From: a virus
IMG/VR virus record: IMGVR_UViG_3300045988_089750
Direction: 5' to 3' (one strand)
Length of the DNA stretch: 50,355 nucleotides
In this document: positions 18,013 to 26,482 of the stretch, piece after piece
Position numbering within the stretch: the stretch's first letter is position 1
How the letters are laid out: the number at the start of each line of letters is the position of its first letter
Notes under the pieces: model-generated
The model's input: only the letters and a program-made list of their open reading frames with translations
Databases searched by the model: none
Told to the model about the DNA's origin: nothing
Made by a program: the position numbers and the translations under genes

Positions 18013-18359
18013 ACGCCGGAAATCCTAATTATTCCCGAAATCTTAGCTTCTTCCATTGTTTCTTGGTTAAGCAACCGTGAAGGCTCTAACGGCTCATCCG
18101 CTACCGCTATTTCCATGCCTTCGGGTATGCGTTGCACGCCTTTAGGTATCTGTATTAGCGAAGCGAACGTAACAAACTTCCCGTTCGCGGCTTGTATCTG
18201 CGTACCCTTCCCGTTGGTTTCCTCGCGGCAAATGCTGTGTAGCGTCCATTCCGCGCCGAAAGCCTGCCAACTACCGTTAGCGTCCTGCACGGCTTCGCCG
18301 TTGCTTGTACGCTTGTATAGGTAATGCGGGTATTGTCTGCTTGCTACGTCCGTTACCAT
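17964..18359 (-). CDS. Putative head closure / head-tail adaptor protein
   Basis: Called from its position in the neck module. It overlaps both neighbouring genes. Confidence 0.4.
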   Translation of the reverse strand: MVTDVASRQYPHYLYKRTSNGEAVQDANGSWQAFGAEWTLHSICREETNGKGTQIQAANGKFVTFASLIQIPKGVQRIPEGMEIAVADEPLEPSRLLNQETMEEAKISGIIRISGVCLKFDKGRLHCRLWV

Positions 18360-18664
18360 CTGTTACTTCTGTTTCTGACCTTCGGCGTAGTAACTGGGGG
18401 TATGCCCAATTCGCCGCAAGTCTGGTTATACCAAAACTTTATAGCTTCCCAGTTCCAACTTACGGAATATCCCCCTTCTCCGACGTTGGCAAGTGGTATG
18501 ATAGTCCCAAATTCGGCGCAAAGCGCACGTTTGGCGGTTACTACATCTACCTCTTCTTCCGGGTCTTGGATTGTATTCTGCTGGTTGACTAAAATCAGTT
18601 CCACGTCCGCGCTTTCGATGTCGAAACGCGCCGTAGTCCGGGTAAACCATTCTTTGTATGTCAT
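18353..18664 (-). CDS. Putative head-tail connector (gp6-like)
   Basis: 103-aa ORF directly after the capsid gene. Positional call. Confidence 0.45.
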   Translation of the reverse strand: MTYKEWFTRTTARFDIESADVELILVNQQNTIQDPEEEVDVVTAKRALCAEFGTIIPLANVGEGGYSVSWNWEAIKFWYNQTCGELGIPPVTTPKVRNRSNRW

Positions 18665-18678
18665 AAGCTAAGTTATTA

Positions 18679-18704
18679 ACCGGAAAGACCGTTAAGCCTT
18701 TCCG
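18679..18704 (-). terminator. Hairpin after the major capsid gene (weak terminator/attenuator)
   Basis: Stem CCGGAAAG (18679..18686) / CTTTCCGG (18697..18704). Only a weak T-tract follows on the minus strand. Confidence 0.4.
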
Positions 18705-18711
18705 GTGTCGG

Positions 18712-19815
18712 TTAGTGATTCCATGTGTTGCTGTCGGTAGCCATCAACCAAGAACGGGAAGAAGAAAGCCACGCTGGGAAAGCGTTTGCGATACCCATAG
18801 TAACCTCTTCCAAAGGTTCTTCGTTAGCGAACTTCTTTATAAGGGTGTGACCGTTCAAAGCCTTAATCGCTACTGAACCTTTTACGTTCATGTCTGCGGG
18901 CTTCTTCCAGTAGGTTTGTCCCAATACTTTGCTTTCCGTGAACAGTACCACGTTCTCGGTAAACGGGTTTCCGGTGTATCTGTCACCGTTGGGAAGTTCT
19001 ACGGTAATATCTTGGTCAATCACAACAAGCTGCAAGCCCTTCAAGTAGGGAAGCGTTTTCATTGCGCTGTTTACTTGTTCAAGGCTTGGCGTTTGCTGGA
19101 GGTTCAAGGCATTCACGGCGAAGGAAGCGCAGATTTTCTGTACTTCTGCGGTTTCCGCGAAAGTCGCAAACGTGTCAAGGGACATAAACGCGAATTTCAA
19201 AGATACGCCCTCTTTCTTCGCTGCCTTTACAACGTTCTTGAAATCCTTAGAGATAGGTTTTGCGGAAGCGGAAGTAGCCCAAGAAGCCGAGCCGGTTTGG
19301 AAGCCTAACTTTCTTTCGGCTGGGATTTGGTAATCTACATCGTATTCGCTGATTACTGAACCGTTGTTTTCGTTGGTAAGCGTAATCTTACCTAAAGAGA
19401 TTTCCTGCAAAGCCATCCATTCCAAACGGGCGGCTACCGCCGTCCAGCAGAAATTAGTGTCTTCTGCCCATGCTTCAACCAACGCGCGAAGGTCGGGGTT
19501 CTGCGAAGTCATGGCTAACATTACTTCGTAGTCCGTAAGTTCGTCTTCGTTCTTGGTGCGCTTTACGGCAATCTTCGGGATGTCCCCTTGTAAACGTGCA
19601 ATCGCATCGCGGGTCTTTTTGTCAATGGTCGCCCCGCGTGCCACCAAGTCGGCGGCTATTTTAAGCCCTACCTGCGCTTCCAAAGCCTTCCATGTCAAGG
19701 TATAGGTTTCCTTCAACGGGAAAAGCGTAGGATAGTAGTAGGGCTTCAAATCGTAAGTATTAATCACGGCTTGCATGTCTTTCTCTACAAGACCGCGCAT
19801 TAAAGTCTTAATCAT
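18712..19815 (-). CDS. Major capsid protein (lambda gpE-like family)
   Basis: 367 aa. The gene order scaffold, decoration, capsid matches lambda Nu3/C-D-E, and the sequence resembles Phage_cap_E-type proteins. Confidence 0.8.
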   Translation of the reverse strand: MIKTLMRGLVEKDMQAVINTYDLKPYYYPTLFPLKETYTLTWKALEAQVGLKIAADLVARGATIDKKTRDAIARLQGDIPKIAVKRTKNEDELTDYEVMLAMTSQNPDLRALVEAWAEDTNFCWTAVAARLEWMALQEISLGKITLTNENNGSVISEYDVDYQIPAERKLGFQTGSASWATSASAKPISKDFKNVVKAAKKEGVSLKFAFMSLDTFATFAETAEVQKICASFAVNALNLQQTPSLEQVNSAMKTLPYLKGLQLVVIDQDITVELPNGDRYTGNPFTENVVLFTESKVLGQTYWKKPADMNVKGSVAIKALNGHTLIKKFANEEPLEEVTMGIANAFPAWLSSSRSWLMATDSNTWNH

Positions 19816-19829
19816 AACTTAGAGCCCAA

Positions 19830-20417
19830 TTAAATTAAACTGATACCGGGTAAAGCGGCTTTAATGTCGTCGCTTACTGCCGGGATAACACTCTCTTTGA
19901 ACTGCCCGATAGTAACCGCTGTTACAAAGTGGTTGTTAAGGGCTTCCACGTCGTAGCTGTCGCCCGTCATGGCTTTAGGCACGTACTTGAACGCGCTTGT
20001 AGTGTCCGCGCTTTCAGCGGCGGCAAGTACAAGGGCTGCGCCTGCTGTGGCGGCTTCTCCTAAAGTAGTGCCTACGTTGATGGTGTCGTAAAGCGTTTCC
20101 GACGTGTTGATAGATGTAATCTTGTAAGCCTTTGCGCCTACCTTCAACATGATAAAATCGCCTACTTTGAAATGATGTCCTTTTGCCACCTTGTAGGCTT
20201 TTGTAGTGGCGGTAGCGTCTTCGGTAAGCCTTGCGGTCTTTACGACGTGGTAAAGCCCGGCAGCGTCTTTGCCGCCTAATACCGTCCCTTCCTGCAAGAT
20301 ACCGCCCGCAACCAATTCGGAAGAGCAAACGGTAACGCCGTTAGGAATGTCCGCCAACGCGTGCGTACAAGCGTGTACTACACGTTTGTCCTGCTTTCTG
20401 TCTATCTTCAATCCCAT
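19830..20417 (-). CDS. Putative head decoration protein
   Basis: Ala/Thr/Gly-rich 195-aa ORF between the scaffold and capsid genes. Confidence 0.5.
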   Translation of the reverse strand: MGLKIDRKQDKRVVHACTHALADIPNGVTVCSSELVAGGILQEGTVLGGKDAAGLYHVVKTARLTEDATATTKAYKVAKGHHFKVGDFIMLKVGAKAYKITSINTSETLYDTINVGTTLGEAATAGAALVLAAAESADTTSAFKYVPKAMTGDSYDVEALNNHFVTAVTIGQFKESVIPAVSDDIKAALPGISLI

Positions 20418-20437
20418 TGTAAAGAATGAATTTACGG

Positions 20438-21148
20438 TTAAACTTCTTTGCCCGTTAAGGCTGTCTTACTCTCGGTCTGCGCTTTGATGTAGTCTGCTAC
20501 GCCACTGCTTACGCCTTCTTTGTTCACGGCTCCAAAAATCGGCTTATCGTGTCCTTGCAGTCCTGCGTCTGCGCGTTCTTGCGCTAAGGCTGCGATGTCG
20601 CCTTTCGCTTCGGTCAAGTAGCTGTTGAAATCTTCGTCGCTCGCAAAGGTGTTAGCCCGGTCGAAGTTCTTTAACATCACGTCGCGGGTCTTTCCCTCAA
20701 TCTTCGCGTTGTCCAATTCCGCTACAAATAGTTCACGTCGCGAAGCAGCCGCCTTATTTGCGTTAATCTCGGTAATGCTACTTTGCACGCCCGAAAGTTT
20801 TTCATCAATAAGTTTGCTGATCGCGTCAAGCGTTATCGCTCCGCCTGCTGGTGGCGTGGGTGGTGTCGGCGGTGTTTGCTTTCCCTTTTCCACTAAATCG
20901 TACTTTTCTTTCAGTCCGTTTTCGTAGGTTTGGTTCGCTTTGCTTATTTCCGCGTCTGCGACCTTACGCCAATCTGTTACGTACTGGCTAACTTTGTCGG
21001 CGGTAAGTTTATCTACAACTCCGTTAGCTTCTTCTATGGTAGCGACTTGTAAGCCGATAGCGGCTGCCAAATGCTGTAACCCATCTTTGCGCACGCCTTG
21101 GAACTTTGCCACAAGTAGTGCTAAGATTTGTTCTTGTAATTCGTTCAT
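20438..21148 (-). CDS. Scaffolding protein
   Basis: Helical, charged, with a PPTPPTPP linker. It lies immediately upstream of the decoration and capsid genes. Confidence 0.65.
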   Translation of the reverse strand: MNELQEQILALLVAKFQGVRKDGLQHLAAAIGLQVATIEEANGVVDKLTADKVSQYVTDWRKVADAEISKANQTYENGLKEKYDLVEKGKQTPPTPPTPPAGGAITLDAISKLIDEKLSGVQSSITEINANKAAASRRELFVAELDNAKIEGKTRDVMLKNFDRANTFASDEDFNSYLTEAKGDIAALAQERADAGLQGHDKPIFGAVNKEGVSSGVADYIKAQTESKTALTGKEV

Positions 21149-21170
21149 AAACTATTTTGTTAAACCGAAG

Positions 21171-21178
21171 CAAAGGTA
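21171..21178 (-). promoter_or_regulatory. Bacteroides-type -7 box TACCTTTG upstream of the scaffold/capsid operon
   Basis: The reverse complement of CAAAGGTA matches TAnnTTTG, 23 bp upstream of ATG 21148. There is no TTTG -33 element. The 17-bp palindrome 21180..21196 occupies the spacer. Confidence 0.5.
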
Positions 21179-21179
21179 G

Positions 21180-21196
21180 CGTATTAAGGTAATACG
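21180..21196. promoter_or_regulatory. 17-bp palindrome site 2 (CGTATTA-AGG-TAATACG, perfect)
   Basis: Directly abuts the TACCTTTG -7 box of the scaffold/capsid operon. Confidence 0.6.
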
Positions 21197-21389
21197 GATT
21201 TAAAAAATAGGAAGCAAACACTTCACCGAAACTTCCAATTTTGAAAAAGAGTAGGCGGTAAGAAATAGGCGTATAAAACCACTGCATTGCCTGTTCATTT
21301 GCCCGACATTGAAATTAATTAGCTTCTGCGTGTGTTTAGTAGTCGGTAATATGGACGCGCTTTAAATCGCTTCATTTCCCCTTTGCGTT

Positions 21390-21552
21390 TTTCTCTCGCG
21401 CACACCATTAAGAAGAAGAGAAAGATAATTATTAAATCATATCATTACATATCATATCAATGTTGTTTTCGGTTGTTTTCGCTTGTTTTTTCAACCCTTC
21501 GGTTGTTTCGGTTGAAAAATCAACCACCCGGTTGTTTTCGGTTGTTTTGGCT
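21390..21552. repeat. Origin-like iteron + AT-rich element, copy A (intergenic)
   Basis: About 90 percent identical to 37699..37873, with an exact 85-bp core (21441..21525 = 37763..37847). It has about six GTTGTTTT(C/G)G units, an inverted repeat GGTTGAAAAATCAACC and an AT-rich ATCATATCA tract. Confidence 0.85.
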
Positions 21553-21568
21553 AATTGTATGTTTTTTG

Positions 21569-21599
21569 TTTGCACTGTGCTAATTATTTGATACCTTTG
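21569..21599 (+). promoter_or_regulatory. Bacteroides sigma-A type promoter (TTTG-N19-TACCTTTG)
   Basis: TTTG at 21569..21572 and TACCTTTG at 21592..21599. It points into the plus-strand accessory island. Confidence 0.6.
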
Positions 21600-21871
21600 C
21601 GCTTGTTATCGGGGAGAAATCCGGTAATGAATGGAAAGCGTTAGGTCTTTATATTTGAAAATCGCCAAATTAACAAATAACGAAAAGAGCCTTTTAACGC
21701 GCTGGTGTCGTATATCCATGCTTGATATATCGGCTAAGCGCGGCTATACGGTTTATTTTCGTTGGGCGTTTGGCGATGCCTCAAATATGTAAACCTATAT
21801 AGTCCGCGCTTTCTTTATGTAGTAAAGTGTAATATCTGCTTCGGGCGGTGGGTGCAAAGTTAGCAAATAAA

Positions 21872-22321
21872 ATGAAGAAGTTATTACTTTCCTTCCTGCT
21901 CCTTCCGGGTTTGTTACTTTCCGGTTGCTCAACCTCAAATAATGAACCCGAAGAAGAACCAAACTACCTTTCTACAACCGTCCGGGCTTCTGCCTTTTTT
22001 AGTGAAGTTGGGAGTATTGAACAACTGAATAGCGTTTATGTTGGGCGTACGTATTCTGTGAATTTTGCGCCGTTCTGTTTGTCTGACACTGAATTAATGA
22101 AAATTATAAACGGTTCTGTTGAAAAAGTTACCTACTACTTAAACACACCCAACGTTGGAAATGAAGTAATCGGCGTTTCTACCACCCAGCCTTTTACTAT
22201 CTCGTATTCTCCTAAGAAATCCGGGCAATGTACGTTAAGTGTATCGTTTGACCTTTCAAGCAAAGACCATAACAAATGGGTTGAAGTCGAAAGTATTGTA
22301 GAAGTAATAGACGTGGAATAA
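21872..22321 (+). CDS. Lipoprotein (accessory island; possible surface-exposed/superinfection-exclusion candidate)
   Basis: Signal peptide MKKLLLSFLLLPGLLLSGC with a lipobox, followed by an acidic stretch (CSTSNNEPEEE). The start is placed at ATG 21872; the ORF track begins at a GTG at 21848. Confidence 0.7.
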   Translation: MKKLLLSFLLLPGLLLSGCSTSNNEPEEEPNYLSTTVRASAFFSEVGSIEQLNSVYVGRTYSVNFAPFCLSDTELMKIINGSVEKVTYYLNTPNVGNEVIGVSTTQPFTISYSPKKSGQCTLSVSFDLSSKDHNKWVEVESIVEVIDVE

Positions 22322-22572
22322 TGGAAGTAGAAACTATTTTGGGCTTTATTGCGCTTGCGTGCTTTGTACTGGCTCTTTTTATTGTTCTTGTGGCTCGTAT
22401 AGTAAGCGCAAGGCAGAACAGAGCTAAAAGGAAAGAAAAAGCCGAAGAACTAACCCGTATCTATGTTAATACTGCTATACAACGGTTGAAAGTTTCCGGG
22501 CTTGAACGCCGGACGCGTTGGCTTGATGAAGATAGTAGGTTGTCGGGAAAGAAGGAAGACGAATTAAAGTAA
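22321..22572 (+). CDS. Small single-pass membrane protein
   Basis: N-terminal TM helix (ILGFIALACFVLALFIVLVA) followed by a basic/acidic tail. The start codon immediately follows the upstream stop codon (TAA-ATG). Confidence 0.6.
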   Translation: MEVETILGFIALACFVLALFIVLVARIVSARQNRAKRKEKAEELTRIYVNTAIQRLKVSGLERRTRWLDEDSRLSGKKEDELK

Positions 22573-22576
22573 TACG
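22560..22576. promoter_or_regulatory. 17-bp palindrome site 3 (CGAATTA-AAG-TAATACG, 1 mismatch)
   Basis: Overlaps the stop codon of 22321..22572. Confidence 0.5.
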
Positions 22577-22719
22577 TTTTGAGCATTTTTCGCTATTGCT
22601 TTTTCCGGTTGGTAATGCTTGGTAACGTTTGGTTATGATTGTACCATTGGGGACGGTAACGCCTGCTATTGTATGGCTGCTATTGTCCCTTTTTTGTGTC
22701 CCAGCCTTTGGTCTTCAAT

Positions 22720-22751
22720 TTTGGTTATATCAAAACTAAGGTTTACTTTTG
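22720..22751 (+). promoter_or_regulatory. Bacteroides sigma-A type promoter (TTTG-N20-TACTTTTG)
   Basis: TTTG at 22720..22723 and TACTTTTG at 22744..22751, 23 bp upstream of ATG 22774. Confidence 0.65.
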
Positions 22752-22773
22752 TGTCTGATAAATAGTTGTTTGT

Positions 22774-22995
22774 ATGGAAGGAAAACAAATCACACAGGAA
22801 GAAGCCTTCTTTAGTGCCAAGGCTAATTTAGAACTTGCTATAACGGCGCAACTGAAAGAATTTGCCGTTAAGTTCTGTACGTCCGTAATCTTCAAAGGCT
22901 GCGTAGAGGTGCAACCGTATGTATCTGAAACGGGCGAAATTGTCGATACACGGATTTCCCATGTTGAAGTTGAAACTAAGTATAGTCAAGGATGA
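22774..22995 (+). CDS. Hypothetical protein (accessory island)
   Basis: 73-aa ORF, first gene of a tightly coupled four-gene plus-strand operon. Confidence 0.5.
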   Translation: MEGKQITQEEAFFSAKANLELAITAQLKEFAVKFCTSVIFKGCVEVQPYVSETGEIVDTRISHVEVETKYSQG

Positions 22996-23480
22996 AGCAT
23001 ATAATTACACCTACTGCAACTTCCAACGCTGAAAAGAAGCAATATTTAAACGCTAACGGCTGGTCTGAACGTTTGGTAGCCGATAATTGGATAAATAATG
23101 CAGATGCGGAAGCCGGGCACGTAAATATCGAATGGGGCGGGCTTCGTCTTGATGAAGCGTACAACCGTTGTCGTTGGCAAATATTTAAAGGCAATTTTCT
23201 GCGTGTAATTAAGAAGCAACCGCTTAACAGTATTTCTATGAACCCGCAGAACGGGGCTTTCTCTTTGGAATGGCTGGAAGGCGGTAAGGTTTACCGGGTA
23301 TCTGGTATTTTTGACGGTTATGGCTTTAGGGTAGGTATGGGATGGAAAGAAGAAGCCCCCGGCGTTAGTATCTCTTTGTCGAAGCCGGAGTATATTAAGG
23401 CGGTAATGTTTCAAAAACGCGAAATCAATACGCCGGAACAATTTGTAGAACTATTTTATAACTCTTTTAAAAGGTATTAA
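22992..23480 (+). CDS. Hypothetical protein (accessory island)
   Basis: 162-aa ORF with a 4-nt ATGA overlap with the upstream gene. No motif recognised. Confidence 0.55.
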   Translation: MKHIITPTATSNAEKKQYLNANGWSERLVADNWINNADAEAGHVNIEWGGLRLDEAYNRCRWQIFKGNFLRVIKKQPLNSISMNPQNGAFSLEWLEGGKVYRVSGIFDGYGFRVGMGWKEEAPGVSISLSKPEYIKAVMFQKREINTPEQFVELFYNSFKRY

Positions 23481-23487
23481 TTAAAAT

Positions 23488-23784
23488 ATGAACGTAGAAG
23501 AATTTGCTAACGGTTGTGTTAATGCTTTTAATGATATGGCTAAAGCCGCTTCCGAATTTGGGGAAGCATGTAGCATAGCTGCCGATTGTATGCAAAAGCA
23601 AGTAGTTTCCATTCAATTGGCTTATATAGAAAAACTGACAGATAAAGTTAATAAGGCTTGCTTTCTTACTCGCTGGTACTATACCCGTAAACTGTTTAAG
23701 GAAATAGGCAAACTTGATGAATTAGTTTCTTCCTTTTATCCGTCTGTTCCCGGAATGCCCCAACCATCCGAAGAACTGAATTAA
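23488..23784 (+). CDS. Hypothetical protein (accessory island)
   Basis: 98-aa helical ORF. No motif recognised. Confidence 0.5.
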   Translation: MNVEEFANGCVNAFNDMAKAASEFGEACSIAADCMQKQVVSIQLAYIEKLTDKVNKACFLTRWYYTRKLFKEIGKLDELVSSFYPSVPGMPQPSEELN

Positions 23785-23795
23785 AACACGTTGTT

Positions 23796-24077
23796 ATGAA
23801 AACAAAAGAACTAAAAAACAAAACCGTATTTGATTTTTCCAACTATCCGGCTATTATTGAAGAAATAACCGGGATAAGTATTAAAGATAGTAATCGCGTG
23901 GAATATTATAAAAAAACATGTCATCCGATAAATAAAGCGCGTGATATTGAATACCTTGCTTATAAAATTGGCGATAAGCAATTAGAAGTGGCGGCTTCTT
24001 CTTTTGCTGCCGAATTGGAAAGAGAACGGGATGAAGAAAACGGTAAGGCTATGAAGAAAGGCTATATTATAGACTAA
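23796..24077 (+). CDS. Hypothetical protein (accessory island)
   Basis: 93-aa ORF, last gene of the island, followed by a hairpin. Confidence 0.5.
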   Translation: MKTKELKNKTVFDFSNYPAIIEEITGISIKDSNRVEYYKKTCHPINKARDIEYLAYKIGDKQLEVAASSFAAELERERDEENGKAMKKGYIID

Positions 24078-24096
24078 GGGGTAATAAGCCCCTTAG
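24074..24096. terminator. Bidirectional hairpin between convergent genes
   Basis: Stem CTAAGGGG (24074..24081) / CCCCTTAG (24089..24096). It overlaps both stop codons. Confidence 0.5.
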
Positions 24097-26360
24097 TTCA
24101 TATATCCGTTTTGCTTTAGCCAATTTTCAAGCGTTGCCCGTCCGCAGCAACAGCTTTTTAAGATGTTGTTTAAGTCTGATTTGCTAACCTTCTTACCGTC
24201 TAAACGTTTTAACCCACCATCTAACAAACCTTGTTTCAATCCGGTTAATTGGTCGGAATAAACTTCGTTATATAGATTCCTTTTTACCGTAGCTAATACT
24301 TTATTAGCGTCAAGCCCGAAGTTACTTATAACCCAATCGTAATTATTAACCATTGTATTATATCCGGTAGAATTACGGTTGGTAATAAATTCGGGATAAG
24401 GTGTTTTGGGACATCCTAATTTCTTGTAAAACTCCGGTAGGGTCTTACGTGATACAAATTCGTTTGCCAATTCCATATAACGCCGTTGCGTATCGGTAAG
24501 GTACATATTTCCCGGTTTGTTCCTATTATGTGTAATCTCATGCCAAAATGTAGCCATAGCGTCTGCTTCTCCTTTTGTTATGTCTGCCGAATGCCTTGTA
24601 GCTATCTTGGCTAATGCAGATTTTACCCCGGCTAATCTATCCGGCGTTAATGATAAACGCCCGTCCATGTATGTAAAGCCATTTACGCCCGTTCTTTTCG
24701 TTGGGGACAGTCTTAAATCTCCGTTTTCAAACCATTTTTCGGTAAGCTCCTTGTTTATCTTTGCAAAGGTTTCATCTACTTGTGCATCCGATGTATAGGC
24801 GGTTCTTAATGCCGGATGCGGGTTATCTCCGCCTTTGGCTGCTTCCGCTTTAGCCTTCTGTAAATCTGTCTTAGCTTTGGATAATGCTTGTTGTAGCTTT
24901 GGGATGCAATCGCCGTAATAGTTAGAAGTATGTATTTCGTTGGCGTTCATAATACTTGTGTACTCTTTTTGCAGGTCAGCAAAGCCTTTCATGTCTTTTT
25001 CTATAAAGTCCCGTAGGTCGCTTATCGCCATAAGCCATTCCCGTTTTCGTTGAAGTAGTACGTTATCTACTTTGTCTATTTCCCCGGTCAGTGCGGTTCT
25101 GTTACCGGAATTGCGTAAAGTGTCTAAAGCTGAAACATCCAAACCGAAGGAATACGCCCAACGCTTGTAATAAGCTATATCGCTGTCAAACTCCGTACAT
25201 GGTTCTACGGTATTCATTGCTTTACTTGCTATCCCAGTTTTCAACCCGCCGCTAATCTTTCCGCCGTTGAAGTTATCGCGAATATAATAAGGCATAGATT
25301 TCCAGCCCTTCGCACGTTCTTCAATGCTACTGATGTAATCCCGAAAGGCTTTAGGTACGTCCTTAACTGTCCGTCGTGAAGGAAGGCTTTTATACTGTGC
25401 GCCCTTAACAATCGCTTTTAGCCTATTAGCCCGGTTCTTGTTGTATTCGTCGTAATCCGCCATGATGGGAACGGCGAAACAGCGGCATTGTGGATGCCAC
25501 CCTACAAATTTGAATGTTTTCGGGTAATCCCCTGCCAACGTGTCGCAAATATCCACGAACGGAACAGGTTCGCCTTTTGAGTTCTTTATAGTGTGGTTGT
25601 TGCTAAGCATTACGCGAATGCCTACAACAAAATCAAGCTGTTGCCATCGTAAGTATTCGCTTTCCCGGTACGCCATGTTTATTTCGGTGCGTGTCAATCG
25701 CTGGGCGTTCTTTGCTGAAGAACGGTAAACACCTTGTCCGGGGTGGTACATCTTTGCCGCCTTACTTAGTCGCAGGTTGCCACCTTTATCGCGTACTCGC
25801 CTATAAAGTCGGTCGGGTTCATTCAAGTATTGTCGCAAATCACGGCTTAATTGCTGTGCGCTTTTTCCTTCCCCTAATCCTACGTCTATGCCCAATTCCA
25901 TAGCGTCTTTTAATTCTTCGGCATACTTCCAAACCCTTTGGCTAAGGTTCAAACCGTTTTCTTTACGTTTCTGAAATGCACTAAGGGCTTCAAGGTTACG
26001 CGCTTGGTAACGTTCGGCTTCTTCTTTGGTTAGTTTGGAAGTCCGAAGTATGGAAGCTAAAAAAGCGTCGTTCTTCTGACATGCTGCCAGCCATTCGGAG
26101 CGTTGCCCGGAAGTAACTACGGCTTCAATCTTTCCGGCAAGTCGGGTAACAATGCCGCGCGCCTGCTTCTTGGCTTTCGGGAAGTCGTCAAAGTTAAACG
26201 TTCCACCAGCCGGAAGGTTAATCTTTCCCGCAAGGCTGGCAAATTCATCCGCCGCCGTTTGGTATAGCTTGGCTACTTGCTTTGCGTAGCGTTCGGTTCT
26301 TGTGTAGTGTTTCGCGTCAAATCCACGAAGCTGTATTATAAGCTGGTTTTCTTTTGCCAT
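24093..26360 (-). CDS. Head morphogenesis protein (SPP1 gp7 / Mu F family) with long C-terminal extension carrying an HExxH motif
   Basis: The MuF-like core ends with ...FKFVGWHPQCRCFAVPI near aa 300. About 450 further residues follow, including WHEITHNRN (HEITH = 24528..24542). Confidence 0.8.
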   Translation of the reverse strand: MAKENQLIIQLRGFDAKHYTRTERYAKQVAKLYQTAADEFASLAGKINLPAGGTFNFDDFPKAKKQARGIVTRLAGKIEAVVTSGQRSEWLAACQKNDAFLASILRTSKLTKEEAERYQARNLEALSAFQKRKENGLNLSQRVWKYAEELKDAMELGIDVGLGEGKSAQQLSRDLRQYLNEPDRLYRRVRDKGGNLRLSKAAKMYHPGQGVYRSSAKNAQRLTRTEINMAYRESEYLRWQQLDFVVGIRVMLSNNHTIKNSKGEPVPFVDICDTLAGDYPKTFKFVGWHPQCRCFAVPIMADYDEYNKNRANRLKAIVKGAQYKSLPSRRTVKDVPKAFRDYISSIEERAKGWKSMPYYIRDNFNGGKISGGLKTGIASKAMNTVEPCTEFDSDIAYYKRWAYSFGLDVSALDTLRNSGNRTALTGEIDKVDNVLLQRKREWLMAISDLRDFIEKDMKGFADLQKEYTSIMNANEIHTSNYYGDCIPKLQQALSKAKTDLQKAKAEAAKGGDNPHPALRTAYTSDAQVDETFAKINKELTEKWFENGDLRLSPTKRTGVNGFTYMDGRLSLTPDRLAGVKSALAKIATRHSADITKGEADAMATFWHEITHNRNKPGNMYLTDTQRRYMELANEFVSRKTLPEFYKKLGCPKTPYPEFITNRNSTGYNTMVNNYDWVISNFGLDANKVLATVKRNLYNEVYSDQLTGLKQGLLDGGLKRLDGKKVSKSDLNNILKSCCCGRATLENWLKQNGYMN

Positions 26361-26456
26361 AGTTATTTTCTTGAAAAATCGCGTTTAAGCGCGTTTCTTT
26401 CCTTTTGCGTTAGTTTGTATGTCCGAAAGGTAGAAACGCGCACAAATCAAAGAAAA

Positions 26457-26473
26457 CGTATTATTTTAATACG
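26457..26473. promoter_or_regulatory. 17-bp palindrome site 4 (CGTATTA-TTT-TAATACG, perfect)
   Basis: 9 bp downstream of the portal stop. On the minus strand it is followed by TTTTCTTTG. Confidence 0.6.
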
Positions 26474-26482
26474 TAGTTAAAG

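Noticed and set aside
20014-20328. 104-aa Arg-rich minus-strand ORF inside the decoration gene
   Set aside because: It is an alternative frame of 19830..20417 with extreme Arg content and is not a plausible protein.
21462-21550. Short tandem repeats as a possible CRISPR array
   Set aside because: The units are only about 10 bp with no unique spacers and no cas genes. The architecture (iterons plus an AT-rich tract, duplicated inside a replication gene) fits an origin.
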